A stretch of DNA of 63,743 nucleotides, filler included, from Diploschistes diacapsis (lineage: Eukaryota), in assembly GCA_023645945.1 (NCBI GenBank). It is 15 parts of 15 records of this genome, joined end to end, with 100 filler letters (N's around TTAATTAATTAA, not from the genome) between each part and the next. Parts side by side here need not be neighbours in the genome. Positions count along the whole stretch, not along the records: positions 24,872 to 26,342 come from JALAIB010003034.1; positions 26,443 to 27,912 come from JALAIB010003035.1; positions 28,013 to 29,481 come from JALAIB010003036.1; positions 29,582 to 31,050 come from JALAIB010003037.1; positions 31,151 to 32,619 come from JALAIB010003038.1; positions 32,720 to 34,187 come from JALAIB010003039.1; positions 34,288 to 55,909 come from JALAIB010000304.1; 8 more parts are not named here. The stretch is one strand, 5' to 3'. Within the stretch, counting starts at the first letter, position 1. Every line of letters begins with the position of its first letter. A program made the translations under genes and the position numbers. Under the pieces are notes generated by a model. It ran no database searches and was not told the DNA's origin. It saw only the letters and a list, made by a program, of their open reading frames with translations. Positions 24,983 through 37,683 of the stretch are shown piece after piece.

Positions 24983-25041
24983 AAAACCGTAGAATGTTGG
25001 CGGTAGTGATTTGAGGTGGCCGAGCTGACCGTCAAACACGT
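24983..25041. mobile_element. pogo/Fot1-type TIR end
   Basis: ...ggtggccgagctgaccgtcaaacacgt|ta. The same terminus occurs at 60925-61001. Confidence 0.7.
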
Positions 25042-25353
25042 TATAATTAAATCTTTCGATAAATTATCGGGCGGATAATATTAAAAAAAATAATGTTACG
25101 ATCTAAATATTTAACTTATCACGTCTCAATTATTCATTTAGGAACCTCGCGTAGGCGCTTATTACATAAATTATTAAAATGAACGGCGCCGATCTATATG
25201 TTTTTTAAAAACAATAGGCAGCGTTTTTTTATTTTATAAAAGTTATTGCTGCCGCTCCTTTCATTCCTTAGAAACTAAAGAAATAGATACCGATGTTTTA
25301 TCTAAAGTTATTTTATATAATTTTCTTATCAAGATTAGTTATATTCTAATATA

Positions 25354-25576
25354 ACGTGTTTGACGGGGAAGTGGGCCACCTCCAGAAGTGGGCCACCTCT
25401 CATTACCTTTCGTCTTTTTCTTCGATTTCTTCAACAATGGCCACGTCGCATAACACCGATTCAATCTTATTAAAATTTAATATTAACGACTGTATTAATG
25501 CCCTAAATTCTTAATACTATACTAACGTTCAAGAAACTGTCCGCTTATTTAAAGTTCCTCGTTCAACTATTATACG
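25354..25576 (+). mobile_element. pogo/Fot1 DNA transposon 5' end with HTH start, interrupted by a family A insertion
   Basis: ta|acgtgtttgacgg followed by the subterminal direct repeat gaagtgggccacctc x2. ATG at 25437 leads to ...VQETVRLFKVPRSTIIR (psq-type HTH, F.VPRST). Cut at 25577. Confidence 0.75.
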
Positions 25577-26342
25577 TGAGACAGATCAGCCCAGGCGCCT
25601 GCCAAGCCACCGGGGTCATGTGACGACAGGGTCATGTGACGACAGGGTCATGTGACGACAGGGTCATGTGACGACAGGGTCATGTGACGACAGGGTCACA
25701 TGACGGCAGGGTCACATGACAGGTGCCAGCCGTGCCAAGGATGTTAGGGGGTGGCTGTATAGACGGGTAGTGCATGAACCCCGTAGGGCTAACACCCACA
25801 CATTATTTATTTATGCCACCTTCCCTCTTAAATAGTTTCTTTTCTAACTTTTCGAATCGAGACCTTTTAATTATAGATGTTTAACTACACGTAATCCTTC
25901 CGGATCAGGCCCAGCCCTCGATAATATAGTATCCTATTTCTGCGCTGGCATTTTATATTCGAAAAGCTTACTTTATCTTCGCACTCGTGACGAGAATTTA
26001 AAACGTTAACTGCATTAAATATTTAAATAAGTTCACGATAACCGGAACTCGAAAGTATTACCCGCCGAATTATTATAAAAAATAACTCCCGTTGATAGAA
26101 AGGATTAAAAAAGAAAGAAAGAATTTAGTGTTTCCGACCTTTAAAGAATAACCGAGATCTCAACGATTAAAAAATATAATTCAAGAAACGAATCGATAGT
26201 TAAAAAATAGTTTATAAGGTATCCCGCGTTACGGTAATTATTTATATTAAAGATTTTCGAGGGATTTAATGCCAGCGAAATATTAATGCGGGAAGAATTT
26301 TAAAAAGACTCCCGCGACGAATTTAAACGAAAAATATTTTCG
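25577..26342 (+). mobile_element. LTR-like repeat family A terminus plus internal sequence, 16-bp-repeat subfamily
   Basis: Starts TGAGACAGATCAGCCCAGG. Seven 16-bp tandem units at ~25613-25720. Colinear with 58136-59043. Confidence 0.8.
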
Positions 26343-29300
26343 NNNNNNNNNNNNNNNNNNNNNNNNNNNNNNNNNNNNNNNNNNNNTTAATTAATTAANN
26401 NNNNNNNNNNNNNNNNNNNNNNNNNNNNNNNNNNNNNNNNNNTAGTCACCACACTTCCACTTTTCAACAGTTATAATTAATAATATATAGATAGATCCTA
26501 CTGTTACTGGGCTTAAAAGCTTAAAACTATAAGTAAAAGCTTTTATCTATTTTGAGTTTATGATTTGTCTTTTGTTGCGGAGCTGGAACTGTTGAATTGA
26601 ATGGTTCAGCTGAATAAGATTAATAATTTATAGGTCCCAAAATGTTTTCTAATTAGATCGCTGTTAATACCGCTCTTTTCCCTTTTAATACCGTTTTCCT
26701 TCTTCTTTCTTCCAACGCCGTTCCTTTCTTTTCTTTTTTCAATCCCGTTTCCTTTCCCGTCGACGTCCTTTCTTTCCCTTTCGATGTCATTCCCGTTCCC
26801 GCCGACGTCGAGCGCCTTCTTTTTTTTTTATTCTTTTCGATATTATAGTCTTGCGTCCGGTTTCGTCCGTTTCGAAGCGTAAGGTTCGTTTTACGTTTTT
26901 AAAACTGACGGGCCGGAATAGAAGTGGATAGGAAGGTTCGTCGCCGTACGTGGCGTCTTTCGAGGGTGTTATAGAAAGCGAATTAATTTTTTTAATTTAT
27001 AAGAGAATTAACGAAAAAGATTTCGGGGTTGAGTTTAAAAGTTTAATTAAATCGGATGATTTAGGTCCGGAAAAGATTTCCGATATCGGTTTTTAATTCG
27101 TCGATTATTTTAAGCGGTTTTCCGATAATAATAAATATTATCGGTTTATTAGAAATATAATGATAAATATTATTATATATTTCTTTCTCGGTCGAAATTA
27201 TGCGAATTATATCCGTTACGGGCGGTATTATATTTAAATCACGTTCTTTATACGATATATATTTTGTATCGAAGTTACGTGTAAATTTAAAAAATATATA
27301 AAGAATTTTATACGTTTATTAAAAGGATTTAAACGTAAGCGGGGACCCGAATCTCTAATCGAGAAATAAGTTTAATCTTAAACCTGAACCGTTTAGATTA
27401 TAATTAATTGATAATAGGAGGTTTCGCTCTTATAGAGCGATCGTAATTAATGTTTTATTCGTTTTTAGTATCGTTATCGCCGATAATCCTTCCGGCGTTA
27501 TTATCGATTATAATGACGTATTAAGCGATAAAGATTTTCTGGCGATATAAACGTATATTATTTTAGGGTTTTTCCGGTATTATATCCCGAATTAACGTTC
27601 TTCGTAAGTTAATTTATTTCGCGTTTTTTTTTCTATTTATTACCGAAGCGTAATTAATATAACTATAATAATCCGGATCTGGTAAAAGAGCTCGTGAAAA
27701 CGCGAATAAATGGTAATCTCGGGTTTTTGTTGGTTATGTTCGTTCGATTCGTTGCGAAATTGCGGTCTGTTCTGGCGGTAGAGTAATAAGCTCGGAAGAT
27801 CCTCGAAAGAACGGTTACCGAGCTTGAAAAAGAAATTTTTTTTTAACGTATCGAGAATGTATCCGACGAATAACGTTCCGTTTCCTCGAGTTTTAAAGGA
27901 ATGGTCTAATAANNNNNNNNNNNNNNNNNNNNNNNNNNNNNNNNNNNNNNNNNNNNTTAATTAATTAANNNNNNNNNNNNNNNNNNNNNNNNNNNNNNNN
28001 NNNNNNNNNNNNGTTCTGACGCGTCGGCGTCGTTCCCGCGTATCGTTTCCGTTATTATAATCTAAAATTATATTAATCTTTTATATTATTTTATTTTCAC
28101 GTATGTTTCGATTGTTTATATTACGTTTTTTAATCTGTTCTTTGCGTTCGAGCTCCCCGCCGTCCCGCCTGCGCGGTCCTATTAGGGATGAAACGCGTCG
28201 CGACGCGATTCTCCTCCTTCTCGTTGCATCGCTGCTATCTCTCCGCTATTACCCTAAGGGGCGCTTGTCAAGTATTTCGTCGGTAGGATATCAGTCGAAG
28301 TCATTCCAATGAATTTCCTCCAGTGGATCCTCAAATTAACGTATATTAAGTTTATAACGTTTCCTATAAGATATATTATTAGAATCATTATCGAATATTC
28401 AGGTGAACGTAATCCCGAAATAAGACCTTTTTTAAAACAACCTAGTCGCGTTTAGTAAATTCAGAAAAAGCTTTAATTAATATATTAATAAACTCTTTAC
28501 TATAATCAGGCAAACGAATAAAGAATTTTTTTACTATTATAAATACTTCCGACAGAATCCTTTTTATTAAATAACGAACTTGGACATATTTTTATTAATA
28601 AAGAAAGGAATTCCGGTTATATCTAACTTAGAAACGTGATATTAATAAAAAGGAATATTTATACTCGTCGTCGGTGTTAAAACATTCTAGGCCGCATATA
28701 TTAAAAAATTCTAATTTTATATCCGTAAACGATCTATTCGGTAATAACGGTTCTTCTTAAGTAAACGTTTTTGATTACTCGCTTCCTTCCGAGGGCATAA
28801 TATCGAATTAATTCCTTATTTTTAATGGAATTTCAGGCCTAAAATCACGATATATCGTTTCTATATTGATCGTGATCGAATAATGATCCCTAGAGGTCCC
28901 TAATATTATTAATACTTAAAGAACTATAAACTAATTACGAAAGAAAAAGAAACGCGATAATCCGTAACTAGTCTTCCGAGTTAATTTATAAACGATATAA
29001 AAAAAATACTTCTTTTTTATTTCTTTACGCCGTTCCACCGTTTCCTTTCTATATTTTTTTGATTCCTTTTTAGAATCATAACATTATACTTTCTTTTATT
29101 CTTTTTATTATAAAGCTCAAGGCTTTAATAATATATTAAACTTTCTTTTTTTATTCTTTATATTTGTTTTATTTTTCTATTAATATATTATGTTTTCTTT
29201 TACTTCTTATTTTTTAATTCTTTCTCGCTATTTTTTTTATAAAACTCGTATTCAATCCCGTATTCGATCTCTTTTTATTATCGTTCCATTGTTACGATCC

Positions 29301-29581
29301 AAGTACCAGACTTGGCACGTCCCAGCTTTCTGTATATAGCCAATCACGGTGACGGGGGTTACGTGACTGACAGATACCCGTTAATAGATGTCTATTAAGG
29401 ACAAATCTACTCGAATAATTATTTATCAATAATAGCGCTATTACGACAACTTATTATCGATAATTAACTATTAGCTTAAACNNNNNNNNNNNNNNNNNNN
29501 NNNNNNNNNNNNNNNNNNNNNNNNNTTAATTAATTAANNNNNNNNNNNNNNNNNNNNNNNNNNNNNNNNNNNNNNNNNNNN

Positions 29582-29872
29582 CTTGTCACGAGTCCGAAGA
29601 TAAAACGAGCTTTTCGAATATGAAACATTAGCGTAAGAATAACATATTATATTATCCGAAGCTGGGCCTGATCCGGAAGGATTACGTATAATTAAATATT
29701 TATAGGTGAAAGATCTCGATTCGAAAAGTTGCAGAAGAAATTATTTAGGTGGGAGGAAGGTATCGTAAAATAATGTGAATATTAGACCTATCGGGGTTCG
29801 AGGACTACCCGTCTACACAACCACCCCCTGATCCGGCCGTGGCTTGGCAGGCCCCTGGGCTGGGCTGCCTCA
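29582..29872 (-). mobile_element. LTR-like repeat family A terminus
   Basis: Ends gggctgggctgcctca and aligns by eye to the other family A copies. One 34-bp unit. Confidence 0.7.
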
Positions 29873-29979
29873 GTAGCAGGGGTTTGGGGATGCAATCCCC
29901 AAAAATAAAAAGTAGGGGTTTGAGGGTGCAACCCCCAATAAACCTACCTAGTTTTTTAAGCTTTAATCATGGAGCAGGG

Positions 29980-30436
29980 TGTTATGATCTCTATCTCTAT
30001 AAGGTAGACACGAGGTATTGATCAAGGTGGGTTTGGTCTCGTTTAGAAGAGGAGTGCAAGCAAGAGAAGAAGATAGAACAGTCATAGGTCTTAGATTATT
30101 TCTAGAAAGAAAGTTCTAAAATGATAAAGGTAACGAATATAGATTGATCCCGAGTAATAACTTAAGATGTCTATAAAAATAAATACGTTCTAGATTTATA
30201 AAGGCCATAACAACGTTCTTATATAACCAACAGCTCCTTTAATAAAATAGATAAATAAATAAGTAAAACTACCGTTCTCCCTTTCTATTTACGACTAAGT
30301 AGAATAATCCCCTAGACCTTTTACTCATCACGTGACCCGTGTCATCCTAATTGGACTATATATAAGGAATGATTAGGAAATGCCCGACTAGCTGTTGCGT
30401 GCCAAGTACTACCGACTAGTACCTTGGATCGTAACA
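29980..30436. mobile_element. LTR family B, complete 457-bp copy
   Basis: Inverted termini TGTTATGATC...GATCGTAACA. Near-colinear with 62823-63278. Partial copies at ~29289-29400, ~30840-31050 and ~33300-33484. Confidence 0.8.
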
Positions 30437-31978
30437 GAAGTAAGGTCTTATTTATATTAATACGCGGTCACGTATGAATCTTACGACGAAAACGGTTCGT
30501 TTCTTTTAATCGTCTATGATGTGCGAGTTTTAGTAGAAGTATATTGAAAGTTAAAGTATCTAATGTTTTAATTTCTTTCGATTTTTATAAAACGTTATTA
30601 ATCTTATAATTTTCATAATAGGTTCTTTATACGGTTTATTTTCGTCGGATTTATCGTTATTTCCGGAATCGTTATTTTTAATTTTCGTAATGTTCGTTAT
30701 CGGGATATCGGTTTTATCCGGTAGCGTTGTTATTTTAAGTATTCGTAGTGATGCGGATCTAGTTATCGGTAGCGATCGCCCGGTTATATTATTTAAGATA
30801 TTTATTCTTAAAAATGTTTAAGTGTTATAATTTTTATTTATATAAGATATACACGAATAGAATCAAGATGGGTTTAATCTTTATTAAAAAAGAAATATAA
30901 TAAAAGAAAAAAATAGAATAATTATAAATCTTAGATTATTTTTAGAAAAAAGGTTTTTTAAGGATAGAGATAACGAATATAGATTAATCCCGAGTAATAA
31001 TTAAAGATGTTTATAAAAGTAAACACGCCCTGAATTTATAAAGATTATAGNNNNNNNNNNNNNNNNNNNNNNNNNNNNNNNNNNNNNNNNNNNNTTAATT
31101 AATTAANNNNNNNNNNNNNNNNNNNNNNNNNNNNNNNNNNNNNNNNNNNNACCAAGATTAATATTTATTTTATATCAATTATTTTATATATTTATATATA
31201 AACAATAAATCTTTCGATAATTAATATGATAACGGGCGCGATTTTGAATTACGTTAATTTCGGGTTAAATTAAAGAATTCAAAAATTCTAAAATCTAGAT
31301 TATGAAGTTTAGAAAATATTTTTAAAAATAAAAATTATATTACTTTAAAAGAACGCGGGACTTTATTACGCTGACATAATATGTATTTAAATAAGAAATA
31401 TTTAATTCTAGATTCGTCTGTATAGACCAACGAGAAAATGCCCGATTCTTTTTATTCCTTAATAACGATTGAAGTTCAATTAAACTATTATTGAACCTTA
31501 TCGATCATTTGTTAACCATCGAAATTCTACCATTACTTTTGTTGAAGCCATTCGATTTCCGATAACGATCCAAGTTCAGCTGAACCGTCGCTAAATCCCA
31601 TCGATTATCTTGTCAATCATCGAAATCCAGCCGAACCGTTATTTTCGTTAGACCTATTCGATCCCTTTTTAATTGTCGAAATCTAACCGAATCATTATCT
31701 TCGCTTAACTATCGAATTTCAATTGAATCGTTACTGAACCCACTCGATTCTCTTCGATAACCATCGAAATCCATTTAAACTACTACTAGACCTATTCAAC
31801 TCCTTAATAATCATCGATATTCAGCCTTACCGCCGCTAAATCCTTCTATTTCTTCGACAATTATCGAAAGTTATTTAAACCGCTATGAAACCATGCAATT
31901 ATTTTCGTTTCTATTACAAAAGATCACCCTCTATATTATTATTAAAATATTAATTATAAATCATTCATTTATCTGTAA

Positions 31979-32258
31979 TGTAACACCCGAGTATGCGCAC
32001 CGGGGTACAGGTCGCCCTGCTGCCACAGCCACGCACCTACATATAGTGTAATAGGGAAACAGTGCTTCGGGGTTCCTGAAAACATTGTGTTCAGTCTTTT
32101 GGCTCAGTGGGATAGCGCTACCTATTAGGCACTACCCCCGCTGTTACAGTTATGCTTTCAGTAACCCCGAAGCACTGTTTCCCTATTAAACTATATGTAG
32201 GTGCGTGGCTGTGGCAGCAGAGGGACCTATACCCCGGTGCGCACACTCGGGTATTACA
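31979..32258. mobile_element. 280-bp foldback element: 170-bp TG..CA LTR-like unit plus an inverted partial copy, 5-bp TSD
   Basis: TGTAACA...TGTTACA spans 31979-32148, followed by an inverted ~105-bp copy of its left part. TGTAA is present at both 31974-31978 and 32259-32263. A related unit lies at 57679-57811. Confidence 0.8.
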
Positions 32259-34287
32259 TGTAAAAACAGTAAAGATATAAACAACATCATATACAACAAG
32301 CGGGTTACTTTTATTATTTTACTAATCACTTATAACATTATTACCTGATTAAGCAATCATTATCGACATCTTATTTATGATAAATGGTTTAATAAATTAA
32401 CCGACAAACAAAAAGAACTAGCAATATATTTAATACGTTAAACACGATGCAGAAAATTTAAGTAACTTACGTGAACTAAATCTTAACCTAAACTCCAACC
32501 ATAATCGATTAATTATATCTATCTAAATACTTAATTCCTATTCGAAAACAGGGAATCAAAGTCGGAAAAAAAACTTTATTTAGATTACGTTAAAAAGATT
32601 AGATTCTAATATTTTATATNNNNNNNNNNNNNNNNNNNNNNNNNNNNNNNNNNNNNNNNNNNNTTAATTAATTAANNNNNNNNNNNNNNNNNNNNNNNNN
32701 NNNNNNNNNNNNNNNNNNNGTTTTAAATAAATCCATAATATTTCTACGTAAGGACGATTACGACGTATATATTCCGAATACTTTAAAACTTTAGAACCAA
32801 ACGATATAACGAAATAGAACTTATCGTTAAAAAAATAATATTTATAAAAAGAAATAATAAGAATTTTATAACGAGCGATAGAACGGGAAAATTAGATTCG
32901 TTCGACGAACCGATTACGAGAAATTAAAAAAGATATCGTTATTTCACGATTTAAGATTTTCTTTTATTTAATATTTATATTAGATCTTTCGGCGAATTAT
33001 CGGGTCGATAATATTAAAAGAAAAGAATAATATTATAATCTAAATATTAGATTTAGCACGTCCTAGTTTTATATATAGATTAATTACGGGATTAAGGGTC
33101 ACGTAATACGTTCATTATTCGCGTTCATTCTTATAAGCGATAAGTAAGCTTTCGTTACCGTTCGATAATCGCGTTTATTCTCGTGAGCGACAAGTCTCGA
33201 AAATACCGTTCGTTGAATTTACGGTAAGCGGCGAGCGAGCTAATTATATATAAACACGATTATATTTTCGTGGAAGAGAACGTATTTATTTTTATAGATA
33301 TTTTTAGTTATTATTCGGGATCAATTTATATTCGTTATTTCTATTATTAAAGAGCCTTCTTTTAGAGATAATCTAAGATTTATAACTGATCTATCTTCTT
33401 TTCCTGTCATACTCCTCTTCTAACAGAGACCAAACCCACCTTGATCCTACTCGTGTATATCTTGTATAGATAGAGATCATAACAGTCGCGAGCTCTCGCC
33501 GAATGCCGATCTTATTTAAACAGCGCGTAACGTAGATCGTTAAGCGATACGATACGTTCGAAAGAAAGCTTTCATATATAAAAAAAAAAATAAAACTTCC
33601 TACTATCCCGAAATTATATATAAAAATAACGAAAAGTATCGGAATCAATTTATTAAAGTTTTAAAAAATCGAAAGATAATAAAACGATATAAAACTAAAT
33701 TATCTAATAATTATTTTTTACGTTCATTTTTCACGGCTAATAAACGAGATAAAAAATATAATAAAAGAACATATTTATCGATAACGTCAAAAGTAAAAAT
33801 AAAATTTTAAGATTAAGGTCACGTCAGAAACTCTAAACGAACAGATCATAAAAGCCGATAATTTAAGAAAGTTCTTAAACTCGTTATCTATCTTATTTTT
33901 TAGTAAGAAAAGGCCGTGGATTATAAATCCTTTCGAAAATTAGCGATAAACGAGGTAACGGATAGGATGTTTTTGGCGTTTTGTAAAAAAGGCGGGCATA
34001 TAGTAGTTAAAAACAGTCTATAAAGAATAAAAAGTTTATAATGCGATAGTTAAAGTTTAGAAAGAAATCGCCGACATGATTTAAAGCGATTGTTGTTATA
34101 AAAAGGATATTTTATAGGATCGTGGTTCGGAATATATTGATTTTTTACGTTTATTTTTCACGACGTATAATTAATAATATATATTTCNNNNNNNNNNNNN
34201 NNNNNNNNNNNNNNNNNNNNNNNNNNNNNNNTTAATTAATTAANNNNNNNNNNNNNNNNNNNNNNNNNNNNNNNNNNNNNNNNNNNN

Positions 34288-35571
34288 CGCTGATGATGGT
34301 GGTGGAAGAAGTGGAGCAGGAGCGGGGCTGTGGACGCCCGGGGGCCAGGGGGTGGCCGCGGTGCTGATGGTGGGGTAGTGTACCCACCAGGCGTCCGGTG
34401 ATGGTGGCGCCGGGGCCGGGACGGAAGAATAGGGGTGGCCGATGGGCCACTCGCGGTGGGAGAAGTTGCGATAGGAGGGGATGCGCGCCGGTTGAGCCTG
34501 CCAGTGGTGCTCTTCTTTGATTGTCGGACCTATGCTTTGCGAGGGGGCGGTGTCCTCCGAATAAGCGCAGAGCTTTCGCAGATGCTCTTCCTGCTCCGCG
34601 GGCGTGGCCGGGGTGCTGCGGACTGTGAGGCGGCCTTTCTGACGACGTAGCGTCCTAGGGGAGAGGATGGGGGAGGCAGGGGCGGTGGTAAGCTCGAGGC
34701 AAGAGGAACTGGAGGAGCTGGAGGAGCTGGAGGAGGCGGCCGAGGCGGCGGAGGCAGGTCTTGAAGGGGGAGAGTTTGGGGAGTTTGGGGAGCTTGGAGG
34801 CATAGAAAAGACGACGGGGCTGGAAGAGGACGGCTTGGGCGGTGAGCGGGTAAGGATAAATGGGGGAGAGGAGGGTGGAGCTGTGGCCGGAAATGGGATG
34901 ATTGGCGGAGTTTGAGGGGTGATTGGTGGGATTCGAGGAGGGAGCGGCTGCGAAGGAGGGATAAAGGAGGTAGGCTCCCCGATTACCGTGCTTGGATCCC
35001 GCCTGGACTTGCGGGTAAAAGCGAGTCGCTGTTTCAGCCTGCTCCACTTTGACAGGACCTTGCCCTTGATGGTCCGTACCGAGGACCGAGAAGGGATTTG
35101 TGTGGGACGAACGTTTTCGTCGTTCCCATATATAACCACATCTTGGCTTGATGTGGCCGGTGAGGTTTGGAGTCCTGGGAATTGGCTTTCTCCCTGTTGT
35201 CTCTCTTCCCTCTTCTTCTTGTTATATATGTTCGAGCTTCTCAGCTCGTGCGTCCCCTCCTGCATTACAAGGGCAGATGGGAAAATATCGTTCGTCTGGC
35301 CTATTCTGCCGTTCTTGTAAGGAGGCGTACTTGAACTCTGAAGAGCGGCGGTGCTGTGAAATAAAGACGGCCTATTTCCTGTACCGGAGCTCCCTTCGCC
35401 ACCATAAAGAAATGGGTTGACGCTGCGTAAAGGTCCTGGGCCCATTCGCTCTGGAGCGTACTTGTGCGACCTTGTTAGAGTTAGGGAAGATGTATTGCTC
35501 ATGTCCGACGCTGTGCTGTCGCTAAATCGAAAAGAGATGCGTTCCATTTTGAGGCGTGTAGATGGATGCAA
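34288..35571 (-). CDS. Hypothetical Ser/Pro-rich protein, 3' truncated at the contig end
   Basis: Open frame of more than 420 codons with low-complexity S/P tracts and no recognised domain. Start may be 35571 or 35547. Confidence 0.6.
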
Positions 35572-36505
35572 AGGCTTCTTTTACTGTTGTCCTAGTGATT
35601 TGGGGCTTGCTGATGGGTGCTAACAATGGGCTTTTGCGAGCTTGACGAGGTGAAGAGGGTGGCTTGATGGCAGGCAATGCTAACAGTGATCTCCTTTTAT
35701 GAATTCGTGATCATAGACTGAGGAGTTTTGGGTTATAGTATAGAGGGAGTAAAGCCAGCAGCCAGAAAGTGAACAGGAGGAAAAGTGAAGAGGAGAGAGA
35801 AAGGAAGCAGAGATTTGTGAGAGCTTTGATATACTAAAGAAAGGATTGCAGAGTGGTCTAAGCATCGCTTCTTGAATTACACACTTGAAATCGAATCAGG
35901 ACTGAAGCATTAAGCTTGGACCTTAAGCAGAGCCATTCTAGACTGAAATTGCCTTAACGGCGACAAAAGTGAGAAAACCCTGTCATGAAAGACACTGTAC
36001 TACCATAGTTCATGTTCGCCCAGCAGCCGTATTTGATATTCTTTTAATGGCCGTGGTTGTGATACCAGATAGTCCAATATTAGATCTCTGGCTTTGGCAA
36101 GAGCAGCTGTGTGAGAAATTTTCATTGCCTCAACCGATCAGCACTCTGTCGGTATCTGGCTGAATAGAATTCTTCCCATGGGCTCTCCAGTGAGCGAGAT
36201 GATGGATAATAGACCATATGGAATGGACTCATGGCGTGACTGGGAACCGTATGTGCGCCCTAGGGTGCGCTCTAGGGCATTCCGTTTCGGGAAGGATGGG
36301 CATCTAAAAGGGGTAAGCTACCTATTCGGAAGCGAACCTTGCCAATTAGTTGCTTGTAAATCGAGGAATCTCTGGCATAGTGAGTACATAAATTTGTAGA
36401 CAGGAAAGGGTACGAATAAATCAAGGAATTGTTATAAGCTTGCGTCACAGAGGCCAACAAATCGGAACCAGCGCAACACCTGCTCCCTCACCCTTTCACC
36501 CATTT

Positions 36506-37381
36506 TTAGCCCTCCACTTTCAAACCCCCAATCCGTTCTTCCACCTCTACCGCTTCCGTCTCCTCATCCTCTTCTGCCTCCTCCTCCTCCTTCCCAACAA
36601 GCCCCCTCTCCCAAAGCTGCCTCCCCGTCAACCTCTCCTCCCTTCCGCCACCTCCTCTGCCCGCAGCTTTCTTCCTCTCCATCTCCCTCTCCTCCTCCTT
36701 CTTCCTCTCATCCCCCTCCACCTCCCTCCTCCACTCCTCCCTCCACCGTAGAAAACTCTCCCTCGTGACCGCTTCGCCCTGGAACTTCACGTTCTCTGCC
36801 TCTTCCACCTTAGACCTTTCGACCTCTTTCAGCGCGACTTGCGCTTTCTGGCGCTCGCTTATGAGCAGCTCGGCGGAGTCTTTGAGGGTGCTGATCAGGG
36901 TGAAGATCATCTGGGTGCCGAGGGAGGAGGAGGTGGGTTCGTCAAGGGAGGAGAGGAGAGTGGCGCTGTCGTCGGAGAGGTCTAGAAAAGGGTGTTTAGG
37001 GGCGTTGGGTGGGGATGAGAGGCTGAGGTTGGGCGCGGTGTCGGGGTAGGATTCGGGGAGGGAGATGGTGAGGAGGATGGTTGCTAAATGGGAGAATTGT
37101 TAGCGACTCGGGCGGAAGCGTAGGGATCAGTGGCGATGTAGAGGATGCGCGGGAGACGGGCGAGACGGGGGAAGCCCTACGGGTTGGTGTGTCGTCGTCA
37201 TCTTCCTGTTGCACGTCCAGTGCTATCGTGACGCGGAAACTGTCTTGGCTGAGATCTGTAGAGCGATCTGGTCAGCGCATGTCGGCGTGGAGAGCCATTG
37301 CTGGTGAAGCATACCGGTAATCTCGTCTGGGAAGATTGAATCAAGGACTTCGCGCTCCTCAGCCTGCTCCTCGCGTCCCAT
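36506..37381 (-). CDS. GIR2: RWD-domain protein (Gir2/RWDD1, DRG-GTPase partner)
   Basis: MGREEQAEEREVLDSIFPDEI, RWD motif ESYPDTAP, LGTQMIFTL, VTRESFLRW and LTGRQLWE, with an acidic tail. Introns at 37256-37314 and ~37084-37180. Confidence 0.9.
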
Positions 37382-37683
37382 CGTTCCATTATGTCAGGGC
37401 AAAGATTTGTGGTGTTGCATGAAAATGTAGTATACGGCGGGCCACTGAGAAGGAACAAGGTTTGCCCCACCAGGAAGTCACTGCGGAAAAGGTCCGCTAT
37501 AACAATGTGTGTACACGTAACGTCGTAGATAGATTTTCTAAGTGTCCTTTACGTATGGCTTTTCTAGATGAAGTAAGAACAGTTTGGACTCTAGCTTCTA
37601 AGCTTTCCAGGTATACGAGTTCTTTATTTCGAGAACTGTTCATACGGTACGTATCTGATTGCGTATCTACAAACTAGCTGCGG

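Noticed and set aside
26443..29288. AT-rich relic coding-like sequence in these and other small contigs (also 32720-34187, 59144-59950, 61003-61830)
   Set aside because: It is clearly RIP-degraded repeat DNA, but I could not assign a family by eye.
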